In this document: positions 12,755-25,500 of the stretch, piece after piece
Layout of the letters: the number at the start of each line of letters is the position of its first letter
Numbering within the stretch: the first letter of the stretch is position 1
Source: Octopus sinensis
Lineage: Eukaryota
Reading direction: 5' to 3'
DNA length: 64,000 nt
Assembly: GCF_006345805.1 (NCBI RefSeq)
Contig: NC_043017.1
Coordinates: forward strand, 6,448,001-6,512,000
Translations under genes and position numbers: made by a program
Notes under the pieces: model-generated
The model's input: only the letters and a program-made list of their open reading frames with translations
Database searches by the model: none
Told to the model about the DNA's origin: nothing

Positions 12755-15214
12755 TTATTTATCAAGAAATTTATTATATAAGTAAAGTAACTTGTGTCTG
12801 CATTTTATTTTGCGCTCATCCCAGGTAATCACTAAATTATCATGCTTATAAAATAAAATTTCCTTAAACTCATTTGAACATAAATAACAAAAATTCCCTC
12901 CTATACTATATGATGTAGCCTTACTAATTATTTCCCATGATAAAACGTAATTAATATTTTGGGATTTAATCTCCAAATGTATTTACTAAGTCCAGTGGAG
13001 TTAATGAAGTTTTTATTTTTAAATGAATGCATATGCTGTGCGATCCTTAATATTATTTTAGAGGAAGTGGACCCTATATATATATCGCGTTTGAATTATA
13101 ATTATTCTGATTATTCTCATTATGTAATGTAACTATACATTTCTACACTACATCGTTAATATCACATTTACTATTTAAGTTGCATATAGTTTTATCTCGA
13201 CATGTACAATTAATGAGTGTCTTATCTTTTTTATTATTGGTATTATTATATAATTTATTTTTATAAAGATTATTCAGTTTAAATTTGTTAAAAGAAGAAA
13301 TAATGTTACCTACACTATTAGTGGTGGAATAACCCACTCCAAAATTATTACTAGAGAAAATGTTTTTATATTTACGATTATCTCGAATAAATAGTTCAAT
13401 AATACCTAAAATCTCTTTAATAATGTTCGTTTTAACTTGAGCACCATAACGAACTATTAACCAAATTTTATTCTTATTTTTCATCTTATTATTATTTAAA
13501 TTATCATTATTATTGTTACCATTATTATTATTATATTTCTTTATCATATTATTATTATTATTATTAGATTTAAATTTATAATTATAATTAACATTTAAAG
13601 AATTATTAAAGTTTTTATTTTTATTTTTATTCTTGTTTTTATTTATATTATTTTTATTTTTATAATTTTTAAAGTTTACTACCAATATTACTAACAAAAT
13701 TATTATAAATATTATTAATATTTTTATCTCTATTATTAATAGTTTTATCTTTTTTTTAATAAAAAAATTAATATTACTATTATAACCTGCCTCTCTAAGG
13801 GCCTCGTTGTAATAAGGAGCATGCTTATTAAAAATCTCTAAATCATAAGAAAGTAATGATATACGTTTACTTATATTATTAATCAACGATATTTTAATTG
13901 ATGCTGGGTGATTACTATTAATAATTATATATCTAAGGTTCTCATTAAGTTTATGATATGGTTGTGTTTTACCCGTAATTAGATTAAAATTAACATCTAA
14001 ATAATTAACATTAAAATTCTCATTATATATAGTAATACTTAAAACATATCTTTTAAAGAAACTATAAAGTTTTTTCTTATATACTTCTATGTTCCTATTA
14101 GTGCAGTACTTAGTAATAAGTAGAAGGTTATCCCTATATAAACCACCCTCTATTTTTAAATTTTCTAATTGGAGTTCAGATAAATGATAAATACCTACTA
14201 AATCCGTAGCTTGTGCAGAATCAGGTGCTCCCATAGGTATATCAAAAAGTCCCTAGTGTCTTTCCTAGCCCATAATTTATTTTTGTACTTTATAAACGAT
14301 TTCCTAGCCATTTTAATTACATTAACCTCTTCAAAAGTCATTCCCACTTAATTCATTGCAAAAATAAGGGCCTTATTAAACACAATTTCATTAATAGAAG
14401 AATAATAATTATCTATATCTATTTGAATAAATTTATATCGATTTTTATCTTTAATATTATTAAACCAATTTAAAGTATTATTATTACTAAACCATAAATT
14501 TAAGTATTTAAGTTTATTTAATTTACTTATATATTTATCTAAAATAAGTTTACTCAATTTACCAAGGTCAGATTTACATGGACAAATTAATCTAGCTTTA
14601 GGGTCTGAATAAAAATTATCTTTATGGTCTTTCAGAGTAATTCTAGGGTGCATAGGTAAATAAGGTTCAGTTTTATTATCCAACTCATAGTTTATCATTA
14701 CTAATTTAGAGGCCTTATTAGTATTATAAAGTATACTATCTAGAACAATTTTATATTTTTTAATTATTTCTTTCTCTAAAAGGTTATCATATAATTTAAC
14801 ATCAAATTTATAGAGATTCCTAGTTTTATCTGATTCTTCAATAAAACCATCCATATTTCTCATTTCTTTAATTCTAATTGCTAAATTTCTTAAATATTCA
14901 TTATTTCTGTTTGGGTATTAATGAAATTTAATGTTTTTCACCGCCTTCCAAATATTATCTTCTAGTATTTGTAATTCTTTATTAAATGGGGGTTCATTTT
15001 TGGCTTTAAAATTAGAAGTAAAATTATCATTCATACAATCATTAAAATTAGATATATTATAGTTATAATAGTAGGCTTTCCATTTAATTCTAGAAACAAA
15101 ATCCTTAATATTATTAATAAGTTTCAAAATATATTCTTTCCTAGAAGGTATTGGAATATCCTTCAAAGATGAATTCCAAAATAGCGGTTCTATCTCACCT
15201 GTAATAACACTCAA
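12755..15214 (-). pseudogene. Penelope RT plus GIY-YIG endonuclease ORF, broken by stops and frameshifts
   Basis: Motifs IQIDIDNYYSSI, MGAPDSA, GLYRDN (YRDD expected), NYLDV, Cys linker CTCRDKTICNLNSKC, YIGSTS, CYLC and KCRH. Confidence 0.9.
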
Positions 15215-15651
15215 TTTACGTAATTTATCAATATATTAATTAATAATAATAATATTAGGGAATAAATCCAAACTTACAGGAAAAATTAGATTTAGGATTA
15301 AATCCAATTTAATAGTATAAATATATTATATTATATTATATTAAATAAGAGATAAAACCACTATTAGGCAAATCAAACAGTGAAAAACATAAGCCAATCC
15401 ATAAAATTAATTTTAAAATATAAAAGTTAAAAATTTAAAAATTATTACAATAATTTAAACTTATAAATTTAAATATATATATACAAATATATATATATAT
15501 ATGTATATTTTTATATTTATATATTATTTTGTTTCTTAATTAATTAATTAATTTATTTTTTATTTATTTATTTATTCATTTATTTTATTTTTTAAAATTT
15601 TATATATAAATATCAAAAGTATTAAAAGTTTAATAAAAGATAAAGAGTAAA

Positions 15652-15746
15652 ACACTACGATCGTTTCATGGCTGTACCAATTCGAATAACAATAATTGAT
15701 ATTCAATTAATAATTTGAGTTATGGTTACAGCCAATCTTCAGGTTA
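15652..15746 (-). ncRNA. Type I hammerhead ribozyme motif in second pLTR
   Basis: CUGAAGA, stem II UGGCUGUA/UACAGCCA, GAAAC GAUC GUA. Confidence 0.65.
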
Positions 15747-16779
15747 ATTGAAATATTTTAAAAATAATCAGAAATATTTAAACAATATTTTAAAGATATA
15801 AATAATATAATAATTTTACTCATAATAAACTCTATTATCAAAATAGAAACTTAAAACTTAATAATTATGATTATATCAAAATCGATTATAATGTTAAATA
15901 TTAATTTAATTTTTAAGATAAGAAAACCACCGAAAATCTAATGTCAATAATAGTCTATACCTAATAACATAAATATTTTTTTAAAAAAATGACTATTATA
16001 TATAAAAAATTATCAATGGATATATATAAATGTATATAATTATTATAATTGAGATTTAAAATAATCTCTATAAATAAATATATATGCACATATAATAAAG
16101 ACCTAATAAATTAATATTTCATATTTAAAGATGAAATATCTAAATTCAAAAAGACAACCAAACAAACTTAAACGAACTTTGGGAAATCTTATTTAAAATA
16201 CTTATACAAATAATCAATTCGTAGTTATATAGTATCGAATAAATACTAACAATACTATAAATATATTTATCAATGGCAAATATCAATTTAAAAAGACAAT
16301 AACTAAGGTAAGCTATTAAGTTAGACATAGCCTGGACCAATCTTTGGTCGAAGCATATCTATGCTTATCTAAGTTTATCTAATTTTAATTATAAGAAATT
16401 TAAAACTACAATTAATACTATTAATACATGTATGTACATAAATCTAACTTTAGACAACTCGTAATCTTGCTATCAAACAACATATCTATCGCTAAGTAAT
16501 ATCTTACGAACAAACTTAAATTTAATATCTAATAATTATATAGAAAATTACGATAATTAGGTCATTACTTAAACAACAATATTTACACAAGAAAAATATT
16601 ATTACACCAAAGACTTATACATATTAAAATTTACAATTTAAAGATGTTAAATATAAATAGATACTTATCTTAGCGAGGTTTTGTAATGAACTAAAATTTT
16701 GAATCGGAAAACGTCTTTACAGCGTTTATAAGAATACTCGTGGAGTATGTGTGTGTGGTGTTGTGTGTGCGTGAATGTG

Positions 16780-17093
16780 CATCGCTTAGTGGTTGTGATA
16801 TTTGACTCACGATCGTAATGTCGTATGTTCTATTCCCAGCAAGGGTTTGTGTCCTTGAGCAATACAATTTATTTCCACGTTGTTCCAGTGCACTCAGCTG
16901 GCAAAGATAATTGGAACCTGAATTTCAAATGGCCAGATTTGTTACACTCTGTGTCACGCTGAACTTCCCTGAGACCTGTGTTAAAGGCACACACGTCTGT
17001 GAAGTGCTCAAACTACTTGCACGCAAATATCATGAGCTGGCTGTTCCGTTGATCGTATCAGTTGGAACCCTTGTTGTGGTAATCGCCGTGGTA

Positions 17094-17095
<2 letters not shown>
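16780..17095 (+). mobile_element. Diverged SINE with a family A-like 3' half
   Basis: GCTTAGTGGTT head; ACACTCTGTGTCACGCTGAA...GGAACCCT tail shared with family A. Confidence 0.6.
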
Positions 17096-17182
<87 letters not shown>

Positions 17183-17187
17183 AATAT

Positions 17188-17218
<31 letters not shown>

Positions 17219-17317
17219 AATATATATATGTATATATAATACATACATACATACATACATACATACATACTTACATACATACATACATACATATTACATA
17301 CATATACATATATATGT

Positions 17318-17650
17318 ATTAGGTTAAGTTCTTGCGGAATTTTTAATTTTGGTTTTAAATGATGTGTTTTCAAATCAATTTCAGTTAAATTATTTTGACT
17401 TTACAATCATTTTGAAGCCCGTTTTCGCTCTATCTAATCGCGTTACTCTTTTTTCTTTTGAATAATTAGTTCATTTTTTATTCTGGAACGTTGAATACAA
17501 TATGGACTAAAAGAAAATTCGCACAATTTTCTTATTCCAGTTCAAGCTAGGCCGAAAAGCTGTTGAAACAGCTCGCGATATCAACTAGGAACAACGAATG
17601 AACGTATAGCACAATGGTGGTTCAAGAAATTTCGTAGCGGTGACGAGAGT
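17318..17650 (+). mobile_element. Mariner transposon 5' fragment (transposase N-terminal HTH)
   Basis: From 17502: MD*KKIRTIFLFQFKLGRKAVETARDIN..NERIAQWWFKKFRSGDES, Hsmar1-like. Confidence 0.85.
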
Positions 17651-17899
17651 TTTCTTTCCTCAGTCGAGTACCAGATTATCTTCGCAGTTTCGGTTGATTA
17701 TACTTGAGATTGCTCCAAGGAAAAACTAAGCTTAGATTCCTTGGAAGAAAGCAGCGAATGTATACGAAAAGAAGGACGGAAAAACGGCGTATGTTACACA
17801 AATACAATAAAAATAATAATAACATTACATCACAAGAGGCGTCTTTCGACCAAGAACGAATTTTTGGCATAATTTTTCTTCCTATTCATTGCCCTCACG

Positions 17900-18090
17900 T
17901 TCTGTTTCTCGTTCCAGTATCTGAAGACACCAAAGCTGAGGCGGACAATTTTTACATACAATCCACAATCCGATATTAGAGGGGGAAAACCCGCTTAGCA
18001 GTTTGTTCTTTTTTGCTTTTCATTTCCTACAAATTTCCTCGTTGTCTTTCTTCGTTTCTCTTTAAACCACTTTCTGCATCTCTTCCACTC
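17900..18090 (+). promoter_or_regulatory. Conserved non-coding block upstream of GPCR-A; probable splice acceptor of the first coding exon (AG 17916-17917)
   Basis: Closely matches the reverse complement of ~45885-46080 upstream of GPCR-B; begins ttctgtttctcgttccag|TATCTG. Confidence 0.55.
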
Positions 18091-18098
18091 TCTCTCGC

Positions 18099-18136
<38 letters not shown>

Positions 18137-18755
18137 ACTCTAACTTGCATGTGGTCTTTCTGACTGTCTGCCTGTCATTCTTTCCCCGTCTCTTTCTCTC
18201 TTTCTCCCCCTCTCTCTCTCTCTCACATACACTGTTTCTCTTTCTCTTCCAAATCTTTCTCTTTCATACATACTCTTTTTCTTCCCTCTCTTCCTCTCTC
18301 TTTCTTTCTCACTCTGTCTACCACCTTTTTTCTCTTAATTTCCTTAACTCACGATCTCTCGCCCTCTCGTTCCCTCTCTCTTTTTCACATTCCCTCTCTG
18401 TGTTTCTATTTCCATCGTCCTCTCTCACTGTCTTCTCTCTCTTCTTTCACTCCCTTAAACTGAGTGTCTTTCACTCACTCATACTCAGCATATACTCTCT
18501 CTCTTCTCTTTTACTGCAACTAACACTGTCTTTGTTTCACTCATACTCGATCTCCCTTTCTTTCCCTCTCACTCACGCATCTTAATTATATTCTGCCTGA
18601 TTATCCTCCCACTTCCTCTCTCTAATTTTTAAATTCGAAAGCTTAAAATCAGAAACAGTAACAATTCTCCTACTTTTCCCACCGCAAATAACTTGCCTAC
18701 AGCAAAATTTTTAGAAAACCGAGGTGATTCGATTTCTACCCATATATCTGCTGAA

Positions 18756-19424
18756 ATGTTTCTGCCTCGTCTAGAGCAAAATTTTCTAACAGTTCTTTAC
18801 AGTTTAACAACATTTGTTTCAATTTCTGGTAATATATTATCAATAATAGTCTTCGCCAAAGGTAAGAAATGTAAAACGGACATTAAACCTTACCTTCTCA
18901 ATTTGGCAGTTGCTGATCTTATCATGGGAATATTCTGGTATCCATTCATCTTCATATTAATCTTTAAAAACGAATTGGCTTCACACCCGGTCTTTTGCAC
19001 TCTGGTTAGTTATCTTCAGTCATTTTCTGTAAACATGAGTTCCTTCATGAATGTGGCGATTGGTGTTGATCGACTTATCGCTGTTTTGTTCCCACTAAAA
19101 TATCGGATAACGACGTCTAGATCTAGGCCTACAATCGCCCTGATCTGGTTGTTGTCGGCAGCAACATCTTCCGTACCCCTTTTTTTCATCAGAATTGAAA
19201 AAGTTAACCAAGGTGGAAAAAACCATGTGATATGCATAAGTGACTGGGAAAACTCGTCGCATTATTTCATTTACGTGTGGGTGATGAGCATTTGTACTAG
19301 CTTCCTGCCTTTTACTATGCTAACTGTAACTTACGCAATACTTGCTAACTTCTTGTGGAAGAGGATAACACCAGGAAATGAGAACCAGATTAGGGACCAG
19401 CTGGCCACAAGAGCCAAAATAAAG
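18756..19424 (+). CDS. GPCR-A coding exon 1 (TM1-TM5, ICL3): class A neuropeptide-receptor-like (luqin/RYamide, leucokinin, GPR83 neighbourhood)
   Basis: GNIL, NLAVADL, AIGVDRL, IWLLS, FLPFTML..TY, PGNENQIRDQL; donor AAG|gtgaga; first in-frame ATG at 18756, frame open from 18633. Confidence 0.9.
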
Positions 19425-19731
19425 GTGAGATTATTATTATTTTAATATTATGCAACTTGTGTTTGTTAATATTGTTTTATCTGTTTTACGAGAGTCACTC
19501 TGAAATCCGTACATATTTCAATGGCAACCGGTTAGATTACTATATCTATTTTATATGTTAATGGGATCAATATAAGTGTTTTCTTACAATCGTTCTATTA
19601 AATACATCTATTTTATGACAATAACTGTAATTGACATAATCCTATGCACGCAACTGAAGCAGTATTCACTCATATATATATATATATGTATATATATGTA
19701 TATATATATACTATATAATATATATATATAT

Positions 19732-19766
<35 letters not shown>

Positions 19767-19856
19767 ACTGGAATTTACAGAAAAACAAAGACGAAGACAG
19801 GTGTATAAACAACAAACTGGTTTATTAGTTTAACGCTTGGCAAGGGGGGGGGGAGG

Positions 19857-19892
19857 CTTTTACGTTTCGAGCCTATGCTCTTCAACAGAAAG
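19857..19892 (-). ncRNA. Minimal HHR-like motif, core variant CUGUUGA
   Basis: CUUU CUGUUGA A GAGC AUAG GCUC GAAA CG UA AAAG. Confidence 0.5.
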
Positions 19893-20203
19893 GAAAACGA
19901 GAAACTAAACAGGGAAAGAATAAAAAGCTTTAGCGGCTAATTACATCAAGGGAGCTAGGGTGGAAACGATCTGTCTCCAGCATGCGTGAAGTGCCGATAA
20001 GTTCATAAAACTACCAAAACTCCTTCTAAATATACATATGTACATTTTATTATTGATTTAATGTATTAATATTTTGCGTTTAAAGAGGAGGCCGATGCGG
20101 TTGAGGGAACATGCTTAGTTTTAATTAACGCCCTCCAAATTTAATCTGTCTGGTGGGAGAGTGGACAGGAGTCGTTTGAATGTGTGTGTGTATACATATA
20201 TAC

Positions 20204-20273
<70 letters not shown>

Positions 20274-20433
20274 TTATGTATATATGTACACACACACATT
20301 CAAACGACTCCTGTCCACTCTCCACCCAGACAGATTAAATTATATATATATATACATTCAAAATGTGAGCGCGTGTGTACCGTTGGCGATGTTTTTCCTC
20401 CGTCTTTCCTTCTTGGATCTTTCCTTTTCCTAT

Positions 20434-20468
20434 GTTTCTGATGAAGAGCTCTGCTCGAAACGTTAAAC
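20434..20468 (+). ncRNA. Minimal type I HHR (Penelope type)
   Basis: GUUU CUGAUGA A GAGC UCU GCUC GAAA CG UU AAAC; palindromic ACGU stem III. Confidence 0.65.
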
Positions 20469-20562
20469 CCTCCTTTCCTTCTTTCCTGAGCGTCCAATAA
20501 TACTGTACTTGTTCCACGTCCCGCGTTGTTGTGTTTTCTCTTTGTGTTTCGTGCTTGGATAA

Positions 20563-20611
<49 letters not shown>

Positions 20612-20800
20612 CATATACATATGTATATACATATATATACATATATACATATATATATTACATATATATACATATGTATATATATATAAATATATATATA
20701 CAACATATATACATATCTATTTATTCACACACACACACACACACACATACACACACACGCACAAGCACACCATATATATATATATTTCTTCTATTTTCAG

Positions 20801-21009
20801 GTTGTAAAAATGCTGTTTGTAATTGTTGTCCTTTTCGGTTTATGTTGGATGCCTATCACTATAGCTCAACTGATCCTCATACACAATGCTGAATACTTTC
20901 GTAATTCCTTATCCGTACATATCTTATATTGCTTTTCCTGCATTGGTTAGCTCTTGCCCACACATGTGTGAACCCCATCATCTATGGATTCATGAATGAT
21001 AAATTCAGA
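20801..21009 (+). CDS. GPCR-A coding exon 2 (TM6-TM7), with a 1-nt deletion near 20933-20936
   Basis: ttttcag|VVKMLFVIVVLFGLCWMP, then in another frame LHWLALAHTCVNPIIYGFMNDKFR|gtaag; 209 bp versus 210 bp in the paralog. Confidence 0.9.
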
Positions 21010-21199
21010 GTAAGTACACCTTGTTATTTTTGTCTATTTAACACGAGGTGAGCCGTCTGGTCCAGCAAATGTACGATCAAAGCCGTTCCATCAGTGACCG
21101 TCTGTTCGTATTAAGAATGTGTATTTGTCACCTTTGTTGTTTAACTCTAGGACAGCTTTGATTGAGGAGACATAAGATGAAAGACGTTCTAAGAAGAAC

Positions 21200-21229
21200 C
21201 ACCTATCTATCTGTCTGTATGTCAGACTG

Positions 21230-21263
<34 letters not shown>

Positions 21264-21272
21264 CATCCATCC

Positions 21273-21357
<85 letters not shown>

Positions 21358-21442
21358 AATATATATATATATATAAATATATATATATCTGTCTGTCTGT
21401 CTATCTGTCTGTCTGTCTCTCTGTCTATCTATTTATCAATCA

Positions 21443-21526
<84 letters not shown>

Positions 21527-21552
21527 GTCTGTCTATCTATCTATCTATCTAC
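21200..21552. repeat. (ATCT)n / GATA-type compound microsatellite
   Basis: Direct reading. Confidence 0.95.
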
Positions 21553-23097
21553 TGGTTCGGTCCGGACCTCCAAATGGAGAAGAACTGGAACGAGATAACG
21601 AGTAGGGTGGTCACTCTCGCCCAGCAATGGGCCGAGAGGAAACTGTCCCTAAAAGGTGGGCGGAGGTGGTGAACGCGTACATCGCGTCCATCATCTACTA
21701 CCGCCTGACCGTCACCTTGTCCCGACCCTACCATCACCAAACTAGAACGCATCCTCTTCCGCTTCTTGTGGAAAGGATGCGTCCCGATGGTCAGGCGATC
21801 CATTTGCTGTCAACACCCGTTAAAAGGAGGGCTGGGCATGCCGTGGTTGATGATGCGCAGACACGCGCTGAGACTGCGACATCTCCGGCTCTATGTAGAC
21901 GACGGTGAACAGGTGTGGTCGCCGTTTGTGAGGCACGCATTCCCGCAACACGTCTCCATGACCGAACTACATTCGTGGATCAAAAGAGGCCGACGAAGGG
22001 CGAATGGCACCGCGAGTGTCGCGTTGCTCTCAAGCAACTCTGCCGTCCCGGGTCGACCTTGAGTGACTTCAACATAACCAAAGCATTCTATAGGGGATTA
22101 GTGGAGGGTAGGTACGGCGACGAGCTCGAGGCAAACCTGGGCGTCGACGAGGAATACCTGACCCGCCTGTTTCAAACGACTTTCGGCCCGGGACCTATGG
22201 ACAACTTCCAGAGATCCCTGGCCTGGCAGTGCTACCGAGAAGCGCTACCCGTTCGGGATAAGCTCTATAGGCATGGCTCGAGAAACACGGGGCCGACCTG
22301 CCCGAGATGCGGGCAGAGCGACGAAACCGCTCTGCACGCAATCGTGCAGTGTCCAGCAATTTCCCACCTGTGGGCTTATGTCGAACGACTGCTGTCACGT
22401 GTGGGACGTGTCGGTTTATCAGCCGAGTCTATCGTTAATATCGTCACGCCTCCTCCTTCAAACGGGAGGAAGAGCTATTTTTATCATACTTGTGGCTATG
22501 GCGAAAGAATGTATCTGTGGACGCGCCTGAAAGGATTAGAGACAAACACTTTCCTCTCTGGTCAATCTCTCATCAACTTCTTCAAGTATCACTTGAAGAG
22601 GAAAGTGAGAGTAGAGAGGCAAGTTTTGTCTAGTGAATGTTTTAAAAAAGATGGGTTAATGTAGCAAGGATGGCACGTATGAATGACGAAGCCACCTTCT
22701 ATGATTCTATGAACCGTAAAAATTAATACAGAGAGTTGCTTATTTGCAAAAAAAAAAAAGAAAGAAAAAGAAAGAAATATAACATGTGACTTCATTGACC
22801 GAGGTTACCGTGGTCTTTTCCGTAGGCTTTTCTTTCCACGGGTAAACCTGTCCTCCCCTTTACACTCCATATTGACATTTCTGTGATAACGATCCCTATT
22901 GATCAATTTTTTTTCCTCTCCCCCTTTTTTTACCCCCCCTTTTTTTGTCCTCTTTCTCTCCTTTCACGATCCCTTTTTATCGACCCCCCTTTTTTTTATT
23001 TTTATTTTTATTTTTTATTTTTTTTACCTTCAAAAGAAAAGCTCTACCTTGTAATTTGTTCTATCTGTGTGCAGCCCTGTGTGGCTAATAAAGAAAC
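21553..23097 (+). mobile_element. 5'-truncated Tx1/L1-group LINE (ORF2 C-terminus with zf-RVT, plus 3' UTR)
   Basis: PLKGGLGMP; ALPVRDKL...CPRCGQSDETALHAIVQCP zinc finger; pyrimidine-rich UTR ending AATAAAGAAA; embedded in (ATCT)n. Confidence 0.85.
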
Positions 23098-23144
23098 ATA
23101 TCTATCTATCTATCTGTATGTCTCTCTGTCTATCTATCTATCTT

Positions 23145-23200
<56 letters not shown>

Positions 23201-23244
23201 AATATATATATATATAAATATATATATATCTGTCTGTCTGTCTA

Positions 23245-23279
<35 letters not shown>

Positions 23280-23291
23280 ATCTATTTATCA

Positions 23292-23339
<48 letters not shown>

Positions 23340-23340
23340 G

Positions 23341-23409
<69 letters not shown>

Positions 23410-23436
23410 ATGTCTCTCTGTCTATCTATCTATCTT

Positions 23437-23478
<42 letters not shown>

Positions 23479-23562
23479 ATCTAAATATATATATATATAA
23501 ATATATATATATCTGTCTATCTGTCTGTATGTCTGTCTGTCTCTCTGTCTATCTATTTATCA

Positions 23563-23614
<52 letters not shown>

Positions 23615-23615
23615 G

Positions 23616-23660
<45 letters not shown>

Positions 23661-23699
23661 TGTCTCTCTGTCTATCTATCTATCTTTCTATCTATCTAT

Positions 23700-23772
<73 letters not shown>
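23098..23772. repeat. (ATCT)n compound microsatellite with higher-order units
   Basis: Direct reading. Confidence 0.95.
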
Positions 23773-24197
23773 GTGTGTATGTATGTGTGTCTGTGTATAT
23801 ATATATTCGCCATAATAGATCGCTCGCCACTAAACCTTCTTTATTTTCTCTCTCTAACTATTTCTGTGTTCCTTTCTGTGGAGGGGCGAAGGATTAAAAC
23901 GTTAAAGACTTTTTCACTTCCCGAGTGTTAAGCTAAAACATCTGTTTGATGTCTACACCACCTCTCTTCGTCCTTTGTTTTACGTTTTGTGAATTCTCCC
24001 TATATATATATATATATATATATAGTAGTTTTGACTTTAAGAGTCCCTCCTAGCGTGTGGCATTTATGTGTAAGAATGCCCTCAATAACATAAAAATGAA
24101 TACATGTAAAGAAAAAAATTTATGAATTTTTTTGTCTTTTGAGGTTTTTCACGCTAACTACTTGATAAATTCTTATAAAGATTTTATCCTATTTTTA

Positions 24198-24269
<72 letters not shown>

Positions 24270-24698
24270 CATATTAATAAATAAATAAAACATATGCATT
24301 TTCTTCACGGGAGTATAGCCCCGGAATGAACGATATACTCGATCTCCTTTTTCCATACGTTTTTTTTCTATTAGCAGTAATTTTTCTAATCTTTGATGAA
24401 GAAACATTTTATTAATACCAATAATTATTAACCTCTTATTTTCACCCTCAACTATTTATTTATCATCATATATACATCCATATACGTACATACCTACCTC
24501 TACAAGTATATATACATGCATATATGGGTACAGGACACCAAAAAAAAACGTCGAACACAATGAGAAACGAAAATATAAACACAAAACCAAGGAAATGGAC
24601 ATTCTTCTTAAACAACGAAAAAATAGAGCACAGGACATACAAAACAAGGAAAATTCTCCTTCTTCAGTCGCCTTTGCTTCATCTACTCCACGATATAA

Positions 24699-24738
<40 letters not shown>

Positions 24739-24787
24739 CCATGCATACTACATATATATATATATATACATACATATATATATATAT

Positions 24788-24850
<63 letters not shown>

Positions 24851-25020
24851 AATATATATATAAATATATATAAGAGTGTATTTTTCCGTTTTAACAATTA
24901 ACACGGAAAAAATAAGATAGATAGTTACTAGATGTTTATGGTTTCCAAAGCGTTCAGTAAATCACAATACAAATCCATCATTTTCTGTTAAAATGTCTTA
25001 TTGACGAGTTTCATTTCTTC

Positions 25021-25107
25021 ATTTCCCTGAAGAAAAGATTACAATACATTATACTATTTATTCTTTTGAATAATATCAGTGAAATCTTGGAAACATGTGT
25101 CCGAAGT
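25021..25107 (+). ncRNA. Type I HHR motif in a Penelope-type end (related to 38808-38893)
   Basis: AUUUCC CUGAAGA AAAGAUU...AAUCUUG GAAA CAUGUG UC CGAAGU; first stem I pair mismatched. Confidence 0.55.
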
Positions 25108-25186
25108 AAAGGTATTTGAATTATACCTGCGTTAAATTCCATTCAATATATATATATGGATATATATATATATATATATATATATA

Positions 25187-25234
<48 letters not shown>

Positions 25235-25500
25235 TAGCAATTAAGGACAACTACTTTAAGGAAAACTTAACAAGAAATTGTCAGGTAGATAGCGTAAAAA
25301 CCTCATAAGAGAAAAAATTTCGAAAATAATTATTTCTTATTGAACATATTAATTTATATATAGAGGGCATTATATATACATGCCAGAAGGCATTATATAT
25401 ACACATGCCAAACGCTAAGAGGGACAATTAGTCATTTCTACCAAAAATATTACTAATCCCACCGAATGCAATTTTTCAAAGTAAAACATTTAAAAAATAT

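Larger units (their letters stand above)
10521..16740 (-). mobile_element. Penelope-like retroelement with pseudo-LTRs (10521-11867 and ~15345-16740)
   Basis: Two ~1.35-kb direct repeats (AGAGATAAAACCACTATTAG...AAGAATACTCG) flank an RT plus GIY-YIG coding region; one HHR motif in each repeat. Confidence 0.9.

Noticed and set aside
18013-18585. 190-aa Ser/Leu-rich ORF, with counterpart 45689-45964, as a conserved upstream ORF
   Set aside because: Non-ATG start, mostly CT-repeat translation, lengths differ; the similarity is explained by the shared nucleotide block
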